From assembly GCA_022711395.1 (NCBI GenBank), contig JAKLFA010000002.1:323864-387863 (forward strand): DNA of 64,000 nt, in the 5' to 3' direction. The translations under genes and the position numbers were made by a program. The stretch comes from Candidatus Omnitrophota bacterium (GTDB lineage: Bacteria; Omnitrophota; Gorgyraeia; Zapsychrales; JANLHA01). Of the stretch, positions 54,714 to 64,000 are shown in pieces; positions within the stretch are counted from its first letter, which is position 1, and each line of letters opens with the position of its first letter. The notes beneath the pieces were generated by a model. The model ran no database searches. It saw only the letters and a program-made list of their open reading frames with translations, and was not told where the DNA came from.

Positions 54714-56174
54714 TCAGACCTTTTTCAGCCGGGAGACCTTTTGCTGAAGCGCTGGAAAATTCTGCTCGCTTGCCAAAACCAGGAAGACATCGCCCCCTTC
54801 GATGACCGTTGATCCTGACGGAACGATAAACTTTCCTTCCCGGGAGATCAGAACGATCAGGCATTTGTCCGCGAAGCCCAGATCGCTGATCTTCTTTCCC
54901 ACCGCATCCGAATCATAAGGAATGATCATGTCCTTCAGGTCCGCGTCAATGGCAGCGGTCTTTTCAAATTCGATCGGATATTTGATCCGGCTGGCAAGCG
55001 GAACATCCAGTTTCAAAAATTTCGAAAGCACGGGGATCGACGTCCCCTGGATGAAGACCGATGAGATGACGACGAAAAACACAATATTGAATATCGTTTC
55101 AGCCTGCGGAATGTCCGCGATAAACGGAAATGTTGCCAGGATGATCGGCACCGCCCCGCGCAGCCCGACCCAGGCGACCATGGCCTTTTTGCGGATGTCC
55201 AGCTTAAACGGAAGCAGGCAAACCAGCACGCTCAACGGCCGGGCGATCACCATGAGAAAAAAGGTCAAAAGCAGCCCCGCCCCCATCAACGAAATGATGC
55301 GTGACGGAAAGACCAGAAGGCCCAGCATGACGAACATCGTGATCTGCATCAGCCAGGCCAGGCCGTCATGAAAGCGCATGATCACCTTTTTATTCGGAAA
55401 ATCCGCCTGCCCCAGCATCAGGCCGACGATATAGACCGCCAAAAATCCGTTGCCGTTCAAAAAGATCGCGGCCGAATAGGTCATCAGGACAAATGAGATC
55501 ATCAGGACAGAATACAGCCCCTCATAATCCAGACGGAAACGGTTGATAAAAAAGGTGATGAATGTCGCCATCAGATACCCTGTCACGGCCCCCATTCCCA
55601 TGTCCATCAAAAAGCGCGGCAGCAAAAGCGCGAAGCTCATGCCTTTGACGGTCAAAAGGCTGATGAATCCCATCGTCAAAAAGACCGCCATCGGGTCATT
55701 GCTGCCGGACTCCAGTTCAAGCAGCGGCTTTAAAGGTTTTTTCAGGCTGATGCGCTTTGAGCGCAGCGTGGTGAATACCGCGGCGGCGTCGGTGGAAGAA
55801 ACGATCGAGCCCAACAGCATCCCTTCCAGAAAAGAAAATTTGAGGATAAAGACCGCGAAACATCCGGTAATGATCGCGGTCAAAAAGACACCCGCGGTCG
55901 AAAGCAGGATGCCCATCCAGACCACCGGCCGGACATCCTTCCAATGCGTGTCAAGCCCGCCGGAAAAAATGATGAAAATAAGCGCCAGGATGCCAAAGGA
56001 CTTCGCCAGCGGCATATTGTCGAAATAGATCAATCCGATCCCTTCGGAACCGGCGATCATCCCCACCGCCAAAAATAACAGCAGGACCGGCACGGCGAAG
56101 CGGTCTGACAATTTGCTGGAAACGATGCTGACGAAGATCAAAAGCGCGGCGCAGAGTAAAATACCTTCAAGCAT
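54714..56174 (-). CDS. CPA1 (NhaP-type) monovalent cation/proton antiporter with a C-terminal TrkA-C/RCK_C domain
   Basis: Polytopic N-terminal (…ESGSNDPMAVFLT…) and C-terminal …VIEGGDVFLVLAS… RCK_C. Confidence 0.8.
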   Translation of the reverse strand: MLEGILLCAALLIFVSIVSSKLSDRFAVPVLLLFLAVGMIAGSEGIGLIYFDNMPLAKSFGILALIFIIFSGGLDTHWKDVRPVVWMGILLSTAGVFLTAIITGCFAVFILKFSFLEGMLLGSIVSSTDAAAVFTTLRSKRISLKKPLKPLLELESGSNDPMAVFLTMGFISLLTVKGMSFALLLPRFLMDMGMGAVTGYLMATFITFFINRFRLDYEGLYSVLMISFVLMTYSAAIFLNGNGFLAVYIVGLMLGQADFPNKKVIMRFHDGLAWLMQITMFVMLGLLVFPSRIISLMGAGLLLTFFLMVIARPLSVLVCLLPFKLDIRKKAMVAWVGLRGAVPIILATFPFIADIPQAETIFNIVFFVVISSVFIQGTSIPVLSKFLKLDVPLASRIKYPIEFEKTAAIDADLKDMIIPYDSDAVGKKISDLGFADKCLIVLISREGKFIVPSGSTVIEGGDVFLVLASEQNFPALQQKVSRLKKV

Positions 56175-56287
56175 AACGTGTCATCTTTCCAATGGATTAT
56201 TGGGGGGCCGACAAGGCCATTCCCTCAGGTAAAATTGTTCTTTATGATACCACAGGCTTCCGGCAGTCTCACGCGGAAAATCAACTT

Positions 56288-56830
56288 TCAGGCCGCCTTT
56301 TTTCCCGCGATCCACAACGCCCCCTCATGGAGGTCGCCGGCGATAAAATCCGGCTCAACGGCCAGCTCATCCCGATGCTTACTGCCGTGGCCGGTCAGGA
56401 CATAGACCGAACGCGCGCCGACATTGTGCGCGAGTTCAATATCATGCGGATGGTCGCCGATCACAGCAGAACGCGAAAGATCGATATCGTAATCCTTGGC
56501 CGCCCTATGAAGAAAAAACGGGCTCGGCTTATGGCATCCGCAGCCGTCTTCCTTTAAATGCGGACAGTAATAGGTCTTCTGAATGTGAACGCCGTGGCCC
56601 AAAAGAAGGCGTTCAACCTCCTGATTGAAACTGATCAACTGCTGTTCCGAAAAAAAATTCCTCCCCACGCCCGACTGGTTCGTGACAATAAAAAGCGCGT
56701 GGTCGGCCTGCAGCATCTTGAGCGCCTCGATCGCGCCCGGCAGGATCTGGAACTGTTCCATGGAGCAAATATATCCGGCGTCCTCGTTGATCGTCCCGTC
56801 CCTGTCTAAAAAGACCGCCTTTCCCATCAT
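56288..56830 (-). CDS. gmhB: D,D-heptose 1,7-bisphosphate phosphatase (HAD-IIIA)
   Basis: …VFLDRDGTIN… and …CGCHKPSP… (CxCRKP-type) motifs. Confidence 0.75.
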   Translation of the reverse strand: MMGKAVFLDRDGTINEDAGYICSMEQFQILPGAIEALKMLQADHALFIVTNQSGVGRNFFSEQQLISFNQEVERLLLGHGVHIQKTYYCPHLKEDGCGCHKPSPFFLHRAAKDYDIDLSRSAVIGDHPHDIELAHNVGARSVYVLTGHGSKHRDELAVEPDFIAGDLHEGALWIAGKKAA

Positions 56831-56834
56831 CCGC

Positions 56835-57161
56835 TCACGCCCTGATCATGATCAGCATCATCTTGAATTTTCCCACGGCTTTTAAAGAGTGCGGCTTATT
56901 GGCCGGCATGATGACCAGATCGCCTTTTTTGACCATCAAAGGCTTACCGGCGATCGTGATCCGGGCCTTGCCGTCAACGATATAGACCGTGGCATCGAAC
57001 GGAGCGGTGTGTTCGCTCAATCCCTGCCCCTTGTCGAACGCGAAAAGCGTGATCGTGCCGGTGCTCTTTTTCAGGACCTCCTGGCTTACCACCGCGTCAT
57101 CCTGATAAGACAAAAGATCCGCCAGAGCGATCGCTTTGGCAAACAGCTTGTTCGTTTTCAT
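56835..57161 (-). CDS. Cupin-domain protein
   Basis: …HTAPFDATVYIVDGKARI…GDLVIMPANKPH… is a cupin two-motif pattern. Confidence 0.7.
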   Translation of the reverse strand: MKTNKLFAKAIALADLLSYQDDAVVSQEVLKKSTGTITLFAFDKGQGLSEHTAPFDATVYIVDGKARITIAGKPLMVKKGDLVIMPANKPHSLKAVGKFKMMLIMIRA

Positions 57162-58552
57162 CAGGCCCTCCTCTTTTCATAAAAATGATACGCGTAAAAA
57201 AACACCAGATTGCCGACCACCCCGAACACGATATTGTCGAGGCCGACGGCTTTCGATAAATAAAGCGCGGAGATGCTGTAAAGCATGACCCCTCCCAGGA
57301 TCCCGGCGAAGAAATGCTTCGCGCCGACCTTAAGGCCCAGGATCGCGGAGACCAGCGGCACCAGGATCAGCGGGGCCCAGAAGTTGTAAGAGTAGACCAG
57401 GATCTCCAGGACGCTTTCGATCTTAAGCGCGAATACCACGGACAAGACCCCCACCAGCAGATTGGTGGCCTTGGCCAGGTTCAGCTGAAGCCGGTCGTTC
57501 AAGGCCGTTTTTCTAAAAACCAGGACGATGTCATTGATGATCGACACCGCGGCGGAATTCAGGAATGAATCCGCGGAAGACATGATGATCGAGATCATCG
57601 CCACGATCACAAGCCCGCTTACGCCCACGGGCAGGGCGGTCATGATGATGTAGGGCATCGCGTGGTTCGGGTTTAAGTCCGGCTTGAGCGCAAGGGCCAC
57701 CAGGCCGATCAGCCCCGCGATGATAAAAAACGGGATCGAGAACAGGCCGCTGTAAAAGGTCCCCTTGGCCGTGATCCGGACGTCCTTGCTGATCAGAAGC
57801 CGTTGCACATACGGCGGGACCAGGGTCTCTCCGACAAAGAACGTCAAGAACAACGACAGAAATGACACGGCCGTGAAGCGGTCAGCCAGGAGCGTAAAGT
57901 GGGACGCGGGAACTTTTGAAAGGACCTCCCCAGCTCCCCCCGCGTGGAAAATACTGAACAACAGCGTCATCGGGATCCCCACCGCCAGGATCAAAAACTG
58001 CAGCACATCGGTCGCCACCACCGCGCGCATCCCGCCCATGGTCGAATAAAGGATCACGATCGAACAGCCGATCAGGATCCCCCAGATCCGTGGCAGGCCC
58101 AGAAACACATTGAAAACATGGCCCATCGCCCCGACCTGGGCCCCCAGGATGCCGGCGCAGACGATCACGGATAAGAACCCGGTGATGACCTTGGCCGCTT
58201 TTCCATAATGCTCTCCGATGATGTCCCCGGTCGTGATCGCGTTCTTATAGCGGCCCATTTTCGGAGCGACAAAAAGCGCCACCAGAATGACCTGAAGGCT
58301 GAAACCGAAAAGAAAAAAGATGTTCGCGATCCCGTAGGTGAAGACCTTCTCCGCGTTGCCGGTCGAGAACCCTCCCCCGATAAATGACGCCGAAAGCGTG
58401 GCGAAGATCACGAAGGCGCTGTAATCGCGCCCGGCCACGGCGAAATCGACGATGTTGTTGACTTTTTTACCGGTGACGATCCCGATCACGATGATCGCCG
58501 CGAGGTAGACCGTTAATATGATGATGTTGACCATGCGATATGTTCCTATCAT
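57161..58552 (-). CDS. Sodium:solute symporter (SSS family)
   Basis: 13 TM helices and …DFAVAGR… family signature. Confidence 0.8.
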   Translation of the reverse strand: MIGTYRMVNIIILTVYLAAIIVIGIVTGKKVNNIVDFAVAGRDYSAFVIFATLSASFIGGGFSTGNAEKVFTYGIANIFFLFGFSLQVILVALFVAPKMGRYKNAITTGDIIGEHYGKAAKVITGFLSVIVCAGILGAQVGAMGHVFNVFLGLPRIWGILIGCSIVILYSTMGGMRAVVATDVLQFLILAVGIPMTLLFSIFHAGGAGEVLSKVPASHFTLLADRFTAVSFLSLFLTFFVGETLVPPYVQRLLISKDVRITAKGTFYSGLFSIPFFIIAGLIGLVALALKPDLNPNHAMPYIIMTALPVGVSGLVIVAMISIIMSSADSFLNSAAVSIINDIVLVFRKTALNDRLQLNLAKATNLLVGVLSVVFALKIESVLEILVYSYNFWAPLILVPLVSAILGLKVGAKHFFAGILGGVMLYSISALYLSKAVGLDNIVFGVVGNLVFFYAYHFYEKRRA

Positions 58553-58644
58553 TAATCGTGCCAGGCACGGTTTCTAGAGACATGGTCATTATAGCGGAAA
58601 GACTGGGCCGGGCAAAGCGCTATAGGAAAAAATAAGGAACAACC

Positions 58645-59478
58645 TTATTCCGCGGACCGGATCCCGTCATCCTCGATCAGGATCCGTCTCGCTTTGTAGA
58701 GCGCGCCCAGGGCCATTTTATACTTTTTCTTGCTGACGCCAAACAATTCATGAATGACTTCCGGCGCGCTTTTATCGGTCAGCGCAAGCGTTCCGCCATT
58801 GAGACGGACCTCATCCAGGATCTTCTGCTGCAGATCGTCCAGCTTATGATACCCCTGAATATGCAGGCTCAGGTCGATCTTGCCGCCGGGACGGATCTTT
58901 TTAATGAACCCGTCGATCCGCTGGCCGTATTGCAGCTCCTGAAAGACTTCATCTTTGTAGAGCAGGCCCCAAAATTGATTGTTGATGATGGCCTTAAAGC
59001 CCAGGTCGGTTTCATTGCAGATCAGAAGGTCAACCTTGTCATTCTCTTTGAAATCCGCCGGCTCTTTATCCAGAAAAGCGTCCAGCCGCGCGGATGCGGC
59101 CAGGTTGTCGCGCTTCTCATCCTTGTAGACATAGACAATGTGAAACTGCCCCTTTTCCATGGCTTCTTTCTGTTCATGCAAAGGCACGAACAGGTCCTTG
59201 GGCAGCCCCCAATCCAGAAAAGCGCCGATCTCAAGGACGTCCACGACCTCAAGGCAGGCGAACTCACCCACGGCCGCATACGGACGCTGGGTGGTGGCCA
59301 CGATTTTTTTATCGGCGTTGTAATAAAGAAAGACCTCCACGCTGTCGCCGACATCGCAATCCTCCGGCGCCTGATCGGTTGGAAGCAACAACTCGCCCGC
59401 CTCGGCGCCGTCCAAATACAGCCCTGAGCCCATGCAGCGCACGACTTTTAATCTATTATATTTTCCGATCTCGATCAT
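58645..59478 (-). CDS. cvfB: CvfB/YitL-family S1-like RNA-binding protein
   Basis: Three S1-like repeats and a C-terminal winged-helix region; …GLYLDGAE… / …GAFLDWGLPKDLFVP… blocks. Confidence 0.7.
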   Translation of the reverse strand: MIEIGKYNRLKVVRCMGSGLYLDGAEAGELLLPTDQAPEDCDVGDSVEVFLYYNADKKIVATTQRPYAAVGEFACLEVVDVLEIGAFLDWGLPKDLFVPLHEQKEAMEKGQFHIVYVYKDEKRDNLAASARLDAFLDKEPADFKENDKVDLLICNETDLGFKAIINNQFWGLLYKDEVFQELQYGQRIDGFIKKIRPGGKIDLSLHIQGYHKLDDLQQKILDEVRLNGGTLALTDKSAPEVIHELFGVSKKKYKMALGALYKARRILIEDDGIRSAE

Positions 59479-59505
59479 GACTGATAGCCACAGCCTTTCG
59501 GTCTT

Positions 59506-59748
59506 TTAAAACCCGCTGTTCACATACAGCGTTTCCACTTTTTTTCTCGCCCAGGGTGTCCGCCTCAAAAATGTCAGGCTGGATTTGATGCTGGGATCTT
59601 TGGCGAAACAATTGATCCGGATCCGGCGCGACATTTCTTCCCAGCCGTATTTTTCGACCAGGCGCGTCAGCATCATTTCGAGGGTCACGCCGTGAAGAGG
59701 GTCTTTTTTCCGGATCTCCGTCATTTCCGCTCCTTCGCTCATCATCAA
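59506..59748 (-). CDS. VF530/DUF2132-family small protein
   Basis: …[25 protein letters not shown]… signature. Overlaps the start of the giant gene by 4 nt. Confidence 0.55.
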   Translation of the reverse strand: MMMSEGAEMTEIRKKDPLHGVTLEMMLTRLVEKYGWEEMSRRIRINCFAKDPSIKSSLTFLRRTPWARKKVETLYVNSGF

Positions 59749-62700
59749 TGGAATGTCCGCGTCCCGTTCTTCTGATAACGGTAGCGGAACTGCGCGCTGA
59801 TCGGGCGGCCTTCGTAAAGATCGACCGACTCTCCGCTGGCGGACTGAAACTCCACGATCGCGTAGGTCCCGTCTGCGCGCTGGACCGCATAGACCGCGCC
59901 CTCTCTCGCGCCGGCCTGCGGGGCGTATCCTCCAGCCGGGACTTCAGTGATGTCCTCAAAACTCCCGCTCAATTCCAAAACGCCCGCGCCGGAGCCTGCC
60001 TCGATCCATCCTTCACGCCGGCGGAAATCCCCATTGACATTGATATCGTAATCCTTGACGGTCTGCTTGCGGCCGAAATCAAACGACTCCGCAAATACCG
60101 TTCCAGGCGCCATCGGATGGGCGCTGTATTGGGTCAGTTTAAATTTTCCGGATTCGACCGACACCTCCTCAACCGGCGGAGAACCCGGATCCGGATCCGC
60201 TGAACCCGGCCCCGGCGCACCCTCCGAAACCGCCGACGGAACAGACCCGCCCGAAAGCACGGACTCCCGTTCACGGACGATCCGTTCGACCTCGCGCTGC
60301 CCCAGGCCGCTGGCTTGCGCGATCTCGGTCGAAAGCGACGCGTAGAGAAGGTCCCCGCGCAAATTTTGGATCTTCATCTGGCCGTCCTCGTAGACAAACA
60401 TGAGGGTTGTCCGCCCTTTCGTATCGGCCCGCGCCCCGGAAGCGCGCGCCGTCTGCATTTTCTGCCACTGGGTCTCAGCGACGTAAAGATTTTTCCGGCG
60501 CTCGATCCGGTTGATCGAGATCTTCATTTGAATATCACTGAACGCCGAAAAATCCAGCCGCGCCCCTTCTTCCAGAACGCTGCGCGAACCCAGATAATCC
60601 CGTGAGATCAGCTCCGCGAACGCTGAGGCGTCCTGCTGCTCATAGCTCGTTGAGATCGCCTGGATGCTCTCCACGACCTTCTGTTCAAAATTGATCTCTT
60701 CGTAGCGGATCGCCGAGGTTTGCGGAAAGAGCGGCAACACAACGGTTTTTCCGAAGGCGGTCGTGATCCGGATTTCCGGCTGATAATCCGTGTCCGGCTT
60801 CGGCGTAAATTCGTAAACAACGTTCTCTTTGACCGCCAGCGCCTTCTCATCCCCGGCGCCGTTACCGATCGTCAGGCCTTTAATATCCTTAACGGAAGAA
60901 AGGCCGGCCTGAATGCGGATTTTTCCGTTTGTCAGCTCAGCCGATGTCAGGACGTGCGTGGAAAGAAGCGTCGCCGCCGGCATGCCGTTGAGCTGCGCGT
61001 CCGTGACCGCGTAGGCCTCCAGGCCCTGATCAGGCACCGCATCCGCCGCAGGGCGGTAGATCCCGCTGTCAATGTCTTTTTGAAGGCGCGTGACGTAGGA
61101 ATCCAGGGACGACAAAAACGCGTCCAATGTTTCCACCGCCTCCTTCGGGCCCTTGGGCAGGCCTTCAGTGGACGGGAACTTTTGCCTAGCGGCGCGCGCG
61201 TCCGCCTGCAGCGCGCCCATCTGTTTCAAACGCTCCCGGTAATCCACAATATTTTTGGAATACTCATCAAAACGCCCCTGAAAACCCTCGACCCTTTTTT
61301 TGAGGCCGTCGATCACCTCAGCCCTCCGCTGCCTGGCCTCAGCGAGCATCTGTTCATATTCCGCGATCAGATCCGGGATCTTTAAATACTGGTCCAGGAG
61401 ACCGTCCGCGCGCGGGTCCCCGTAGGTGAACTGGACCGGCGTGATCTTGATAAAATCATCCCGGACTTTTTTCATGGTCAGAACATCTTTTCCATGCTCC
61501 TCCCACGCGTTTTTCATATTTTCTATGAACACCGCCGCGTCGGACTGGTCCGGGTCCACGGCCAGGCCGTGAAGCTCTCCCTGCTTTTCAAACAGGGCCT
61601 TGATGTTGACGCGTGAAAGGGCCGCTGTTTCGTAGGCCCGCAGGTCCACGCGCTCAAGCAGGCGCCAGAAATACGCTGCCAAATTCGCTGCCGGCTCCAG
61701 CTCCTGCAATTCACCGAGACGCTGCTCCAGCGCGCGCACTTTTCTTCCATAGGCTCCGGCGACATCCGGCCTTTTGTAATCTTTAAACGTGGACCACGGG
61801 ATCCGCACCACAAACTCACCGCTGGGGACGGTCACGCCCCCCACAAAATTATACACCTTCGCGGTCCACGACTGATCCGTCATGTCACGGCCCTTCGCGT
61901 TGACCAGGGCCTCGAAACGGCTCTTACACGCGTTAACGGCTGATTCATAATTTTTCAGCGCGTTTTCATACATCTGCTCGATCCCCGGCGCGCGCGATTT
62001 GTCTTCCTTAAAAAACTCAAGCTCACGCCGTGCTGAAACCGCCGCTCCCGAAATATCTTCCGGCGAGCGCGCCACGACCGGCGGATACCCGCTCACATTA
62101 AACCATTCGCTGTCATAATTTCCGAAATACTCGGGATAATGGAGCGTGGACTTTTTTTCGTCCACCGCGGCGAAGGCTTTGCTGAGCTCCTCATTGGCGC
62201 GGTCAATATCCTGCTGGATCTTGGCGATCTCCGGGCTGAGGGCCTTCATCATGGCGGTGAAACGCTCGGCAGCTTCAGCTCCCAGCAGGTTCTCTTCCGC
62301 TTTGAGAAGGGCCTCGTCCTGGGCCGCCAGCGTGCGGACACTGGAAAACCTTTTGGAGGCCGCGGCGCTTTCCTCGTTGCTCAACAGGCCCAATGTCGCC
62401 TTTTTCGCGTCCTCGATCTGAGCGCGCATCTTTTGAATCTCCTGCTTACGCAATTCACGGGCAATCGTGCTGAACTTGATCATCTCATCCAGATCATACC
62501 CGGTCGCGAAACTTTCGGTCACCTGGTCGTAAGAGCTTTTCAACGCGTCCATGATCGCAGCGCGGTCCATCGGGCTGTAGGCGCTAGCATCCGGCACCGA
62601 ATTCTCTGTCTCAGAGTAAGCCGCTGTCTGGGCCTCGACCGCCACCTGGGCGTCTTTTTTCTGAAGGCCGTAGATCTGTTCTTCGTATTTTTTTAAAGGA

Positions 62701-63707
62701 AGCAGGGCGGCCTCGAGCTGTTTCATCGACGCCTGGGTCGCGGCCTGCACAGCGCGCGCGGCATCAGCGACGGCACGGTCCTGCTCTTCATATTTCGCCC
62801 TGAGTTCTTCTTCAAACCCTTTTCGCTTGAGGACTTCCTGCTTTAAGTCCTGCAGCGTTGAAATGATCTTCTTTTTCATGGCCTCGCCGGCCTCATCCTC
62901 TGTCGCCGCGTTACCGTCATACTTGGCGTACCATCCGCCGTAGGCAAGCTGCTCGTCCCACTCGCGGGAAACAAAGCCGGGAATATCGTTGATGGACAGG
63001 ATCCATTTGGCGAATCCTTCGGGGTTTGTCCGCGGGCTCATCGGAAGGATCTGGTTCATTTTTCCTTCCAGCGCGGTATCGAATGCGTATTTCATGATCC
63101 AGTTTCCCAATGCCTCGACCAGGCTTTGGGCCAGCCGGTAATACCCCCACCCCGGGACCATGAACTCCAGGAATTTGTCCGCGACCGCCTTGCCCATATC
63201 GGTCAGCGCCTCTTCGGGCTTGCCTTCATTCCATTTTTTATACGCAGAATATGAGATCTCGGCGGCATCCAGCGCGTGACCGAACGCTTTCATGCCTGTA
63301 TCCACTTTGCTGGTGATATCGGCATCCACAGCGCCCCAGACCGCGGCCACGCTTTTGCCCTCGACAACACATTGATGCATCATGCTCGCGGTCGCCTGCT
63401 GAAAAAGCCCCTGGCGCATCTTTTCTTTCGCGTAGGCCGAGATCGCGTTCTTGGTGACGCCCCACTGCTGGTCTTTCATCTTGTCCCAAATGCGCTTCTG
63501 GGCATTTTCGCGCACGATCTTGATCTTCTGTTCCAAAGGCAGATTGCTGATCTCCGTCCAGTCATTGAGCAGGTTCGCCATGGCCTCCAGCGTCTCTTTG
63601 GCGGCCTTGCCGGCGTTGGTATCCTCAAACTTTTCCTGGGCATGGGAACACGGAATGCTCTGCAGCAAAAACGCCAGCGCCATCAGAACGCTTACGATCT
63701 TTTTCAT
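59745..63707 (-). CDS. 1320-aa secreted protein with long coiled-coil tracts and a C-terminal globular region; unknown function
   Basis: Signal peptide [23 protein letters not shown]. Extensive heptad-like E/K/Q/A/L-rich segments. No known catalytic motif recognised. Confidence 0.6.
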   Translation of the reverse strand: MKKIVSVLMALAFLLQSIPCSHAQEKFEDTNAGKAAKETLEAMANLLNDWTEISNLPLEQKIKIVRENAQKRIWDKMKDQQWGVTKNAISAYAKEKMRQGLFQQATASMMHQCVVEGKSVAAVWGAVDADITSKVDTGMKAFGHALDAAEISYSAYKKWNEGKPEEALTDMGKAVADKFLEFMVPGWGYYRLAQSLVEALGNWIMKYAFDTALEGKMNQILPMSPRTNPEGFAKWILSINDIPGFVSREWDEQLAYGGWYAKYDGNAATEDEAGEAMKKKIISTLQDLKQEVLKRKGFEEELRAKYEEQDRAVADAARAVQAATQASMKQLEAALLPLKKYEEQIYGLQKKDAQVAVEAQTAAYSETENSVPDASAYSPMDRAAIMDALKSSYDQVTESFATGYDLDEMIKFSTIARELRKQEIQKMRAQIEDAKKATLGLLSNEESAAASKRFSSVRTLAAQDEALLKAEENLLGAEAAERFTAMMKALSPEIAKIQQDIDRANEELSKAFAAVDEKKSTLHYPEYFGNYDSEWFNVSGYPPVVARSPEDISGAAVSARRELEFFKEDKSRAPGIEQMYENALKNYESAVNACKSRFEALVNAKGRDMTDQSWTAKVYNFVGGVTVPSGEFVVRIPWSTFKDYKRPDVAGAYGRKVRALEQRLGELQELEPAANLAAYFWRLLERVDLRAYETAALSRVNIKALFEKQGELHGLAVDPDQSDAAVFIENMKNAWEEHGKDVLTMKKVRDDFIKITPVQFTYGDPRADGLLDQYLKIPDLIAEYEQMLAEARQRRAEVIDGLKKRVEGFQGRFDEYSKNIVDYRERLKQMGALQADARAARQKFPSTEGLPKGPKEAVETLDAFLSSLDSYVTRLQKDIDSGIYRPAADAVPDQGLEAYAVTDAQLNGMPAATLLSTHVLTSAELTNGKIRIQAGLSSVKDIKGLTIGNGAGDEKALAVKENVVYEFTPKPDTDYQPEIRITTAFGKTVVLPLFPQTSAIRYEEINFEQKVVESIQAISTSYEQQDASAFAELISRDYLGSRSVLEEGARLDFSAFSDIQMKISINRIERRKNLYVAETQWQKMQTARASGARADTKGRTTLMFVYEDGQMKIQNLRGDLLYASLSTEIAQASGLGQREVERIVRERESVLSGGSVPSAVSEGAPGPGSADPDPGSPPVEEVSVESGKFKLTQYSAHPMAPGTVFAESFDFGRKQTVKDYDINVNGDFRRREGWIEAGSGAGVLELSGSFEDITEVPAGGYAPQAGAREGAVYAVQRADGTYAIVEFQSASGESVDLYEGRPISAQFRYRYQKNGTRTFH

Positions 63708-63766
63708 GCGTCGTCCTTTCTCGGAACTTTCGTCCGGATCTCCGTTATTTCTGCTCTGTCTGAACT

Positions 63767-64000
63767 TCAGACGTCCCGCCGGGACCTGCCCGCGTGGAAC
63801 TTGCCGCCCTTTTTCGCGGGAAAGGGCTTACCCGACGATTTACCGAATGGCTTTCCGTAAGGTTTACCCGAAGGCTTGCCAAACGGCTTGCCGAACGGTT
63901 TTCCATGCGACTTGATAAAGGGTTTTCCGAACGGCTTATCCGTCGAAAAATCGCTCTCTTTATGATGACCCCCGCCGCGCTCGTCATCATCCCGGGAATG
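63767..64000 (-). CDS. 3' end of a gene encoding a low-complexity (GKPF/GKPx)n repeat tail (5' end beyond the window)
   Basis: Minus-strand frame …KPFGKPFIKSHGKPFGKPFGKPSGKPYGKPFGKSSGKPFPAKKGGKFHAGRSRRDV* ending at 63767. Preferred over the out-of-frame track ORF 63745-63990. Confidence 0.35.
   Translation of the reverse strand, partial: HSRDDDERGGGHHKESDFSTDKPFGKPFIKSHGKPFGKPFGKPSGKPYGKPFGKSSGKPFPAKKGGKFHAGRSRRDV

Noticed and set aside
63745-63990. Track ORF 63745-63990 (-) MMTSAAGV…
   Set aside because: The other minus-strand frame gives a regular (GKPFGKP)n repeat ending at a stop 60 nt upstream of the next gene, with more plausible codon usage. Confidence in either frame is low.

Overview
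This window is a 64 kb, fairly GC-rich (roughly 55-58% by eye) segment of a Gram-negative-type bacterial chromosome. It has TonB-dependent receptor, OMP and HtrA-like genes, and an organism guess beyond that is not supportable from sequence alone. About 60 protein genes are packed tightly, and about 90% of them lie on the minus strand.

Recognisable housekeeping genes (surE, mutY-NUDIX, nadK, ilvD, pabB-pabC fusion, corA, crcB, tcdA, tatD, gmhB, and transporters of the CDF, CPA1/CPA2 and SSS families) are interleaved with several accessory modules:

1. Two copies of a structured leader RNA that matches the c-di-GMP-I (GEMM) riboswitch consensus. Each has its own sigma70-like promoter and an intrinsic-terminator expression platform, and each precedes a small secreted-protein gene (8.2-8.6 kb on the + strand; 25.5-26.0 kb on the - strand). 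An HD-GYP response regulator is truncated at the window start.
2. A minus-strand operon at 8.7-14.7 kb encoding a 1004-aa outer-membrane beta-barrel protein with periplasmic terminal domains, a PapD-like chaperone candidate, a small pilin-like secreted protein and a 461-aa secreted protein. I interpret this as a candidate chaperone-usher-like (archaic/sigma-type) surface-fibre locus.
3. An upstream operon at 14.8-20.4 kb encoding a hybrid histidine kinase, a CheY-like receiver, secreted and coiled-coil proteins and an HtrA protease, followed by two paralogous double-receiver regulators that flank ilvD.
4. An AT-richer (apparently low-GC) island of about 7 kb at 27.6-34.8 kb encoding glycan-modification enzymes: two methyltransferases, a GT2, an epimerase, a YerE/acetolactate-synthase-like TPP enzyme, an HMGL-aldolase-Maf(DUF115) fusion, a HAD phosphatase and an Fe-S protein. 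An adjacent FkbM methyltransferase is split by a frameshift.
5. A carbamoyltransferase-SxtJ-DUF5989 module in which a four-helix-bundle (23S-rRNA-IVS/Avd-like) gene sits between inverted arrays of a CACTNN hexamer repeat.
6. A 1320-aa secreted coiled-coil protein at the 3' end of the window, preceded by a gene with a (GKPF)n tail.

No rRNA, CRISPR array, transposase or integrase was seen. tRNAs were not detected with confidence.
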